A stretch of DNA of 64,000 bases from an uncultured Prevotellaceae bacterium (GTDB lineage Bacteria > Bacteroidota > Bacteroidia > Bacteroidales > Bacteroidaceae): contig CADCEW010000001.1 in the NCBI GenBank assembly GCA_902800585.1, positions 1,994 through 65,993 on the forward strand, read 5' to 3'. This document shows positions 21,590-30,181 of the stretch, in pieces (the stretch's first letter is position 1; each line of letters starts with the position of its first letter). Both the position numbers and the translations under genes were made by a program. Below the pieces are notes generated by a model, which saw only the letters and a program-made list of their open reading frames with translations, did no database searches and was not told the origin of the DNA.

Positions 21590-24500
21590 ATGAAAAAGTT
21601 ATTCATACTCATATTATTGATTGTTGGTGTCGCTGCTCCGTCGTCAGCGGAGATTGGTGATATGAAATTCGATCGTTTGGACACGCGTGATGGATTGAGT
21701 AACTCACAGATACTTTGTATCCGGCGGGATTCCAAAGGTTTTGTGTGGATAGGTACGCCATATGGATTAAACCGATATGACGGTTATCGTTTTAAGTCCT
21801 TCTATTCCTATCCGAAAGACACAACGACCCTTCGTAGTAATTATGTCGATGAGATATATGAAGCGTATGACGGTAAGATATGGCTGCATCAGGGTATGAG
21901 TTATGTCGTTTATGATCCTGTTACAGAAAAATTTAACCGTCATCCAGAGGCAATACTACGTGAATTGGGTATGGATCATGGTATAGAGCGTTTGTTTATA
22001 GACTCTCATAAGCATTTCTGGGTGAAGGGAACAGACGCAGGTGTCTGGCATATTGATCCCTATACTAAGAAAGTCAAGGAATATCGTTCCGGATTTGGTA
22101 GACAGGAATTCAATAGCGACATTGGTGTTTCCAGTTTCGCAGAATTTGGCAAAAGTGTGTTGGTTGCCTCCTATAATGGCGATATCGTTTGTTTCAATCG
22201 TGAGAAAGACTGGATCAGTTGGAAAGATACCTACCTGCATCGCAAGGGATTCGTCAGCAATCAAGACTGTCGTTTGAAACTGGATCGTCAGGGAAATATC
22301 TATGCAGTCACGATGCAGTCCACGTTTATCAAGATGAATGGTCGTGGTCGCTGGTATCATTCTCTCCCAGAATTGCTTCGTGTTTGGGGATTTGAGGATG
22401 CTTCGAACATACAGAGTGTGTGGGATGTTACTTTAGACAAGAAAGGACGTATGTGGATTTCTACAGACCATTATGGCATCTTTGTTATTGATAAAAAAAC
22501 AAAAGAGATGCGTCAGTTCCTGAATGACAAGAATGACCCCACGAGTATCTGTGACAATACAATACGAATGATTTATTGTGACCAGTTGGGACGTCTGTGG
22601 ATAGGTTCTTACATGAATGGTCTGAGTACTTATGCTGAAAGTTCGTCGAATTTCCGTAATATTGATTTGGGAAACATCAATACAGTATGTGTCGATAAGG
22701 CTGGTTATTATTGGCTGGGTACGAATGACAAAGGTTTTATCCGTTATGATCCCCGTACGACAGAGCAGGTGATTTATGATAAAGCTAATAGTCCTATCGG
22801 TTCGAATACGATGGTCAGTTCGTTGGCAGGTAGTGATGGTTCTATATGGTTTGGTACTTATGAAGGTGGTCTTATTCGTATTAAGAACGGACAAGTGAAG
22901 AATTTCCGTGCTACGGGACAACCTACCGACCTCGCCAATGATAATATATGGACAATCTATGAGGACCAATGGGGATATATCTGGTTAGGAACTCTGGGCG
23001 GTGGTGTGCAGCGTATTAATCCGAAGACAGAAAAGTTTGATATTCCTATAAACACTCATAATTCTATTATACCCAGTGACTATGTGTCTTCCATTACGCG
23101 GACACAGAAAGGATGGATGATGGTCGGTCACTCTCTATATTATTCAATTATCAATCCGAAAACTCGAAAGGTCATCAATCGTAATATAGAGGATAACAAG
23201 AATGGAATTGCTATTACGGGAAACTCAATCGCCTGTCTACAGGACAGTAGAGGTTTGGCTTGGCAAGGTTCCGCTTCTGGTGCTACAATATGGGATCCCA
23301 AGACCAACGAGGTGTATCTGTTAGATATGCGTTCGGGATTGATGGGTTCAACAGTAAATGGTATTATAGAAGATAACCGTCATTCTATATGGTTGATTAC
23401 AGATCATGGCGTCTCGAATATTGTGCCTCAGAAAGAGTGGGATGAAAAATGGAATTTTGTGCTTCGTAGTTTCAATAACCGTGACGGTCTGCAAAACGGT
23501 CCGTTCAATCAGCGTGCTATCTGCTATGCGCCAGACGGAAAGATTCTGGTTGGTGGTCAAGGTGGTTTGGATATTATCGATCCTCAAAAGATGGGTAAGG
23601 GTAGGTTCAAGGAGATTCCTTTGTTCAGTGGATTAAAGGTATCTGGCCAGGAAGTGGTCGTTGGCGAGAAAATCGATGGACGTGTTATCTTGGATGAAGC
23701 CCTTGATGTGTGTCGTGAGTTCAGTCTTGCCTTTGACGATGAGTTTACAGTAGAGATGGCAAGTAATAGTGGTGAGGCTCACAACCGCTCTCGTTTTGTC
23801 TATAAGATGGCAGGTTATAATGATGTATGGAGAAAGACAGAGGAGGTGAATCCGAATATTACCTATATGAGTCTTCGTGCAGGTAGTTATTATTTGTGTG
23901 TCCGTATGCTGAATGACGATGGAACATTCGGAGAGAACGAGAGCCGGATTGCCATTACCATCCGTCCGCCATTATGGCGTACGCGTTGGATGGTTCTGCT
24001 TTATATGTTATTGATAGCCGTTGCCGCCTGGATATGGCATAAATGGTTTATCAAGCGTCAGGAGAATCGGATGAAGGTAGAGACTACGCGTCGTGAGTTG
24101 GAGAAGCAGCAATGGATGAATGAGATGCGTATGCAACTCATTAACGAGCATGGAGGAGGTGATGGACAATACACGGTACAGCATGAGCAGGTGCCTGTGA
24201 GTTTGCAGCCTTCTGATTTGGTAACGTTTGTCCGTGAGTTCTGTGAGAATTACGAATCTCCTGTCAAGGATAAACGTGTTAAAGTAACTTTTGTTTCTCC
24301 TGTTAATGAACTGCATGCTAATATTGACACTCAGCAGTTGAGTAGGGTGTTTGAGATTCTATTTCAGAATGCTGCGACATTCTCTCCAGAAAACTGTCAG
24401 ATTAGTGTCGGAGTCGCACGTACACAGAACAACGAGGCACAGATACAAGTGGCAGATAATGGTATTGGTATTCATGACCAATATAAGGCTCATGCCTTTG

Positions 24501-24676
24501 ATCCTATTGTTAATGGAGAAGGTGCTAATTTGGATAAAGTGAAGGCGGTCATTGATGCTCATCACGGTGATATCCGTATTGAGGATAATCCAGGTGGTGG
24601 TACTATCTTTGTCATCACACTGCCAGCCGATGAGATTGTCGAGGAGGCTGTGATGATGGACGATGATGATGAATAA
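21590..24676 (+). CDS. HTCS-type propeller/Y_Y_Y sensor with a degenerate HATPase_c domain; no H-box, REC or AraC
   Basis: Paralogue of the preceding gene; PLWRTRW TM; QNAATF N-box, DNGIGI G1, GGGTIF G3; G2 degenerate (GEGANL). Confidence 0.85.
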   Translation: MKKLFILILLIVGVAAPSSAEIGDMKFDRLDTRDGLSNSQILCIRRDSKGFVWIGTPYGLNRYDGYRFKSFYSYPKDTTTLRSNYVDEIYEAYDGKIWLHQGMSYVVYDPVTEKFNRHPEAILRELGMDHGIERLFIDSHKHFWVKGTDAGVWHIDPYTKKVKEYRSGFGRQEFNSDIGVSSFAEFGKSVLVASYNGDIVCFNREKDWISWKDTYLHRKGFVSNQDCRLKLDRQGNIYAVTMQSTFIKMNGRGRWYHSLPELLRVWGFEDASNIQSVWDVTLDKKGRMWISTDHYGIFVIDKKTKEMRQFLNDKNDPTSICDNTIRMIYCDQLGRLWIGSYMNGLSTYAESSSNFRNIDLGNINTVCVDKAGYYWLGTNDKGFIRYDPRTTEQVIYDKANSPIGSNTMVSSLAGSDGSIWFGTYEGGLIRIKNGQVKNFRATGQPTDLANDNIWTIYEDQWGYIWLGTLGGGVQRINPKTEKFDIPINTHNSIIPSDYVSSITRTQKGWMMVGHSLYYSIINPKTRKVINRNIEDNKNGIAITGNSIACLQDSRGLAWQGSASGATIWDPKTNEVYLLDMRSGLMGSTVNGIIEDNRHSIWLITDHGVSNIVPQKEWDEKWNFVLRSFNNRDGLQNGPFNQRAICYAPDGKILVGGQGGLDIIDPQKMGKGRFKEIPLFSGLKVSGQEVVVGEKIDGRVILDEALDVCREFSLAFDDEFTVEMASNSGEAHNRSRFVYKMAGYNDVWRKTEEVNPNITYMSLRAGSYYLCVRMLNDDGTFGENESRIAITIRPPLWRTRWMVLLYMLLIAVAAWIWHKWFIKRQENRMKVETTRRELEKQQWMNEMRMQLINEHGGGDGQYTVQHEQVPVSLQPSDLVTFVREFCENYESPVKDKRVKVTFVSPVNELHANIDTQQLSRVFEILFQNAATFSPENCQISVGVARTQNNEAQIQVADNGIGIHDQYKAHAFDPIVNGEGANLDKVKAVIDAHHGDIRIEDNPGGGTIFVITLPADEIVEEAVMMDDDDE

Positions 24677-24696
24677 TATTGATAAATAAAAATAAG

Positions 24697-27696
24697 ATGA
24701 AGATTTTAAGAACAATGATGACAGGAGTTTTGTCGCTGACGGTAGTCATGCTAATGGCAGCCGATTATACCGTTGATGGCAATTCTATCACAATTCCTGT
24801 TAAGAACGTGAAGGCAGGTGGTGCCAAGGTGGTACGTCTGCAAGTGATTAACGACAACATCATCCGTGTGCAGGCGACATCAGAAGATGCGTTGCCACAA
24901 AAGCAGAGTCTGATGATTGTGGAACAGACGGCAAAGCCGAAGTTCACAGTGAGTGAAGATGATGACAAGGTGATTGTCAAGGCGCAAAACGTAGAGGCTC
25001 GTGTTGATGTGGAGTCGGGTAGAGTTACTTTCTATGATGCCAATGGTAAGGAGTTGTTGAAAGAAGCCAAGGATGGTAAGCAATTCAAGAATTTCACTGT
25101 TCCTGAACGCGAATTTGGTATCAAAGGTGGGGCGCCATTGACAGAAGCCATGAAGCACGGTCTTACCTGGCAGATGAAATTTGACAGTCCTGACGATGAG
25201 GCTTTCTATGGTTTAGGACAGCATCAGAGTGAGGAGTTCAATATGAAAGGTAAGAACGAGGATCTCTTCCAGTATAATACTAAAGTCAGCATTCCTTTTG
25301 TTCTCTCTAATAAGAATTATGGTATCTTGTGGGATAGTTATAGTTATTGCCGTTTTGGTAATCCAAACGACTATCTGCAACTCAATCGTGCCTTTAAGCT
25401 CTATGATCGTCAGGGAAAGGAAGGACATCTGACAGGGACCTATATCGATCGCAATGGTAAGAAACTCGTGCGTGATGAGGATAGTATCTATTATGAATAT
25501 GGAACACCTGCGAAGTCGGAAATTGCGTTGAAGACAGATAATGGCGGTATCAAGAATTTGCCTCAAGGTTTCAATCTGCAAGGAGCCAATGTGGTTTATG
25601 AGGGTTTCATTGAACCTGAATGCTGCGGCAAGTGTACAGGCAAGGCTGTCGACTATCAGTTCATCCTCTATTATGCAGGATATGTCAAAGTGTATATTGA
25701 TGGTAAGGAGGTGGTGCCTGAGCGTTGGCGTACAGCTTGGAATCCGAATACTTATAAGTTTACCGCCAAGGTACGCAAGGGCGTGAAGAATCAGTTGCGT
25801 ATTGAATGGCTGCCCGATGGCGGAGAGAGTTATTGTGGCTTGCGTGTAGCTGAGCCCCGTAGTGAGGAGGAACGCGGTCAACTGAGTATCTGGAGTGAGA
25901 TGGCTCGTGACATGGATTATTACTTCATTGCTGGTAATAACTTCGATGAAGTCATCAGCGGCTATCGTACTTTGACGGGTAAGGCTTCCCTCTATCCAAA
26001 ATGGGTGTTGGGCTTCTGGCAGAGTCGCGAGCGTTATCAGACCTCTAAGGAGATAGAAGATAACCTTGCTGAATTCCGTAAGCGTCATATTCCTATTGAC
26101 AATATCGTACAGGACTGGAACTACTGGCCTGAGGATCAGTGGGGAAGTCATCAGTTTGAGGCTTCGCGCTATCCCAATCCGCAGGCGATGCTTGATAGTG
26201 TTCATGCTATGCACGGACGTTTCATGATTTCTGTTTGGCCGAAGTTCTATGTGAATACGGAGAACTACAAAGAACTTGATAAGAACGGATGGATGTATAA
26301 CCAGTCACCGACGGATGATATTCACGACTGGGTAGGTCCTGGTTATAAGAATGGTTTCTATGATGCCTATGATGCCGGTGCCCGTAAGATGTTCTGGCGA
26401 CAGATGGATGAGAATCTCTATTCGAAGTATAATCACGATGGTATTGCTGGCGTGGATGCCTGGTGGATGGATGCTTCAGAGCCTAATGTACGTGACTGTA
26501 CGCCGATGTGGTATCGTAAAGCTCTTAGCGGGCCTACAGCGTTAGGAACGTCAACAGAGTTCTTCAATGCTTATTCCACCGTCAATGCCGATGCTATCTA
26601 TAATGGACAGCGTAGTGTATGGAAGGGCAAAGACAACGAGCCTCGTGTATTCTTGCTGACGCGTAGTGGTTTTGCTGGTGAGCAGCGTTTCTCTACTGCA
26701 ACATGGAGTGGTGATATCGGTACCCGTTGGGAAGATATGCGTGCTCAGATGACTGCAGGTTTGAATTATTCGATGTCAGGTATTCCCTTCTGGGGTATGG
26801 ATCAGGGTGGCTTCTGTGTAGAGAACCGTTATGTGGCAGCACAGCAGATATTTAATAACACTGGGGTTGAGAACGAAGACCTGAAAGAGTGGCGTGAGTT
26901 ACAGGCACGTTGGAGTCAGTTTGGTGCCTTTATTCCATTGTTCCGGGTACATGGACAGTGGCCTACTCGTGAGATATGGAACATTGCCCCCGACAATCAT
27001 CCTGCCTATAAGTCGTTTGTCTATTATGACAAACTACGTTATCGTCTGATGCCTTATCTGTACAGTCTTGCTGGCTGGGCTCACTTCAAGGACTACACGT
27101 TGATGCGTGCCCTTATCATGGACTTCAACGGAGATAAGGAAGTAGAGAATATCGGTAATCAATGGATGTTCGGTCCTGCTCTGATGGCATGTCCTGTCGG
27201 TTATTACAAGGCTCGCAACCGTAGTGTCTACTTCCCGAAGCAGTGCGGATGGTATAACCTTTATACTAACGAGTATGTGGAAGGTGGACAGTCGCTCGTC
27301 GTCGATGCACCTTATGAGCAGATTCCTGTCTTTGTCCGCGAAGGAGCTATTATTCCCTTCGGTCCTGAGATGGAGTGGTGTGACGAGAAGCCTGCTGAAC
27401 TTATCAATCTCTATATCTATGCTGGACAGAATGGTGCTTTCCAACTCTATGAGGACGAAGGTGTGAACTATAACTACGAGAAGGGTAAGTTTGCAACCAT
27501 TGATATCACCTATGACGATGCTGCCAAGACAGTAAAATTTGGTGCCCGTAAGGGTAACTTCAATGGTATGCTGAAGAATCGTCGCTTCAACATCGTACTC
27601 ATCACGAAAGATGCACCGAAGCCCCTTAACCTTGTCGATCCTCAAGGTATCATGGTACAGTACAATGGTAAGGAAGTTAGTGTGAACATTAAATAA
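24697..27696 (+). CDS. GH31 alpha-xylosidase with a PA14-like insert (BoGH31A-like architecture)
   Basis: Signal peptide; IVQDWNYW, WWMDASEP nucleophile, WSGDIG acid/base, FRVHG. Confidence 0.88.
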   Translation: MKILRTMMTGVLSLTVVMLMAADYTVDGNSITIPVKNVKAGGAKVVRLQVINDNIIRVQATSEDALPQKQSLMIVEQTAKPKFTVSEDDDKVIVKAQNVEARVDVESGRVTFYDANGKELLKEAKDGKQFKNFTVPEREFGIKGGAPLTEAMKHGLTWQMKFDSPDDEAFYGLGQHQSEEFNMKGKNEDLFQYNTKVSIPFVLSNKNYGILWDSYSYCRFGNPNDYLQLNRAFKLYDRQGKEGHLTGTYIDRNGKKLVRDEDSIYYEYGTPAKSEIALKTDNGGIKNLPQGFNLQGANVVYEGFIEPECCGKCTGKAVDYQFILYYAGYVKVYIDGKEVVPERWRTAWNPNTYKFTAKVRKGVKNQLRIEWLPDGGESYCGLRVAEPRSEEERGQLSIWSEMARDMDYYFIAGNNFDEVISGYRTLTGKASLYPKWVLGFWQSRERYQTSKEIEDNLAEFRKRHIPIDNIVQDWNYWPEDQWGSHQFEASRYPNPQAMLDSVHAMHGRFMISVWPKFYVNTENYKELDKNGWMYNQSPTDDIHDWVGPGYKNGFYDAYDAGARKMFWRQMDENLYSKYNHDGIAGVDAWWMDASEPNVRDCTPMWYRKALSGPTALGTSTEFFNAYSTVNADAIYNGQRSVWKGKDNEPRVFLLTRSGFAGEQRFSTATWSGDIGTRWEDMRAQMTAGLNYSMSGIPFWGMDQGGFCVENRYVAAQQIFNNTGVENEDLKEWRELQARWSQFGAFIPLFRVHGQWPTREIWNIAPDNHPAYKSFVYYDKLRYRLMPYLYSLAGWAHFKDYTLMRALIMDFNGDKEVENIGNQWMFGPALMACPVGYYKARNRSVYFPKQCGWYNLYTNEYVEGGQSLVVDAPYEQIPVFVREGAIIPFGPEMEWCDEKPAELINLYIYAGQNGAFQLYEDEGVNYNYEKGKFATIDITYDDAAKTVKFGARKGNFNGMLKNRRFNIVLITKDAPKPLNLVDPQGIMVQYNGKEVSVNIK

Positions 27697-27716
27697 TAAT
27701 CAAAACATAATAACAA

Positions 27717-30164
27717 ATGCATAACAGACTAATATGGGTGGCAGTCATGCTGTTGACTGCCTTGACAACGCAGGCTCGTGAGCGGAAGAATTTTGATGCA
27801 GGATGGCGCTTTATCCTCGCCGACTCAGCACAGATGGCTACTCCGACGTATAATGATACCCATTGGCGGATACTCGATTTGCCCCACGACTGGGCGATAG
27901 AGGGCGATTTCTATGCTGGCAATCCCAGTGGCGCAGGTGGTGGTGCACTTCCTGGCGGTATCGGATGGTATCGTAAACACCTCTCTCTTGATTGTGAGGC
28001 AGTACCAGGCAATCGTTACTTTATTGAGTTTGATGGTGTCTATATGAACTCTACTGTCTATGTCAACGGACAGGAGGTAGGGCATCGTCCTTATGGTTAT
28101 TCAAGTTTTGAGTATGATATTACGAAATATCTGAAACAGGGTGATAATGTCATTGCCGTGAGGGTTGATAACTCCGACCAGCCAAATAGTCGTTGGTATA
28201 GTGGTTGTGGCATCTACCGCCATGTATGGTTTACTCAAACGAATCACGTACACGTAAAACATTGGGGTGTACATGTCGAGACCGATGCGAAGACAGGACA
28301 AGTCAAAGTGGAGGTGGAATTGGCAAAGTATCCTGCCATCAACATCCATCGTCCGACTATCAAGAATACTGTCTTCGACGCCAATGGTAAGGAAGTGGGT
28401 TTGAAAGTGAAGAATCCTCATCTCTGGTCTGTGGAGGACCCTTATATATATAAGGTACGTACGCAAGTGTTGGTCAATGGCAAGGTCGTCGATGAGGTCT
28501 GGACGACAACAGGTTTCCGTGACTTTAAGTTTGATGCGGAGACTGGTTTCTGGTTGAATGGCAAGAACTTTAAGTTAAACGGTGTCTGTGAACACCATGA
28601 CTTCGGCTGTTTCGGTGCTGCTGTCAACGAGGATGCCATGCACCGTAAGTTGTCGAAACTGAAGGCAATGGGTGTCAATAGCATCCGTTCCTCACATAAT
28701 CCTCCTGCTCCTGAGTTGCTGAACATGTGCGACACGATGGGTATTATCGTGATGGATGAGTCGTTTGACATGTGGCGACGGAAGAAGACAGCAGGTGACT
28801 ATGCCCGTTTCTTCGATGAGTGGCATGAGAGCGACCTCACCGATCTGGTCTTGCGCGATCGCAATCATCCTTCTGTAATGATGTGGTCTATTGGTAACGA
28901 GGTACTGGAGCAGTGGTCGAGTGCTGAGGCTGATACGTTGACGCTCGAACAGGCTAACCTGATTCTGAATGCAGGTCATGATGCCTCTACGTTGGCAAAG
29001 GAGGGAGAACTGTCAGTACAATCCCTGCTTACACAGCATCTTGCCGAAATTATCAAGCGATATGATACGACACGTCCTATCCTTGCCGGTTGTAACGAGC
29101 CTAATCCCAATAACCATCTTTTCAAGAGCGGTGCGATTGATATCATCGGTTTTAACTACCATCATCAGTGGGTGAAGGATGTTCCCAAGAACTTCCCAGG
29201 CAAACCCTTTATCTTCTCGGAGAGTGTTTCTGCACTGCAGACACGCGGTTACTATAAGATGCCTTCCGATGAAATCACATGGGCACCGAAGGAGTGGTGG
29301 ATGCCCTATACCGATCCTTCGTATATGTGCTCTTCTTACGATAACTTCCATGCCTCATGGAGTTCTACCCATGAGGAGACTTGGGACGTGGTGAAGCATA
29401 ATGCCTTTGTGGGTGGACAGTATATCTGGACGGGCTTTGATTATATCGGTGAACCGACGCCCTATGGTTTCCCTGCACGCTCCAGTTATTTTGGTATCAT
29501 CGACCTTGCCGGTTTCCCGAAGGATACCTATTATATGTATCAGAGTGAGTGGACGACGAAGCCAGTGCTGCACCTCTTCCCTCATTGGAACTGGATACCA
29601 GGTGATGAGATTGATATGTGGTGCTACTATAACAATGCCGATGAAGTGGAGTTATTCATTAATGGCAAGAGTCAGGGTGTGCGTCGTAAGACAGGTGAAA
29701 ATCCTGAGGGACGTTACGCCATGCATAATACCAAAACGAAGTTAAACACGGAATACCATGTCGGTTGGCGTGTCACTTTCGACCCTGGTGAAGTGAAGGT
29801 AGTGGCTCGCAAGGACGGAAAGATTGTTGGTGAACAGACGATTAAGACGGCTGGTGCACCTGCAAAGATACGTTTGTCGAAAGACTATCAGGGTAAGAAT
29901 ACCACCTTTGTCACTGCTGAAGTGGTGGATAAAGACGGAAACCTCTGTCCTTGGGCTGAGGATCAGATCTATTTCATCTACGAAGGTGATGGGAAGGTAC
30001 TGGGAACAGACAATGGTTGTCAGACTTCTATGGAGAATTTCAAGGCTCCACAGCGTAAAGCCTTCTTTGGTAAGTGTATGGTAGTGGCAAGTGGTAATGG
30101 TTCTATTACTGCCAAGTCGCCGACATTGCAGTCTGATGTGATACAATTGAGAGTTAATAGATAA
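27717..30164 (+). CDS. GH2 beta-galactosidase
   Basis: LPHDWAI, FDGVY, SRWYSGCGIYRHV, WSIGNE acid/base, FSE nucleophile region, WTGFDYIGEP. Confidence 0.9.
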   Translation: MHNRLIWVAVMLLTALTTQARERKNFDAGWRFILADSAQMATPTYNDTHWRILDLPHDWAIEGDFYAGNPSGAGGGALPGGIGWYRKHLSLDCEAVPGNRYFIEFDGVYMNSTVYVNGQEVGHRPYGYSSFEYDITKYLKQGDNVIAVRVDNSDQPNSRWYSGCGIYRHVWFTQTNHVHVKHWGVHVETDAKTGQVKVEVELAKYPAINIHRPTIKNTVFDANGKEVGLKVKNPHLWSVEDPYIYKVRTQVLVNGKVVDEVWTTTGFRDFKFDAETGFWLNGKNFKLNGVCEHHDFGCFGAAVNEDAMHRKLSKLKAMGVNSIRSSHNPPAPELLNMCDTMGIIVMDESFDMWRRKKTAGDYARFFDEWHESDLTDLVLRDRNHPSVMMWSIGNEVLEQWSSAEADTLTLEQANLILNAGHDASTLAKEGELSVQSLLTQHLAEIIKRYDTTRPILAGCNEPNPNNHLFKSGAIDIIGFNYHHQWVKDVPKNFPGKPFIFSESVSALQTRGYYKMPSDEITWAPKEWWMPYTDPSYMCSSYDNFHASWSSTHEETWDVVKHNAFVGGQYIWTGFDYIGEPTPYGFPARSSYFGIIDLAGFPKDTYYMYQSEWTTKPVLHLFPHWNWIPGDEIDMWCYYNNADEVELFINGKSQGVRRKTGENPEGRYAMHNTKTKLNTEYHVGWRVTFDPGEVKVVARKDGKIVGEQTIKTAGAPAKIRLSKDYQGKNTTFVTAEVVDKDGNLCPWAEDQIYFIYEGDGKVLGTDNGCQTSMENFKAPQRKAFFGKCMVVASGNGSITAKSPTLQSDVIQLRVNR

Positions 30165-30181
30165 TAGTAAAGAGATAATAG

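Noticed and set aside
25213-26214. 333 aa antisense ORF (similarly 12128-12754, 4503-5057, 40504-41064)
   Set aside because: Shadow frames of well-supported genes on the other strand.
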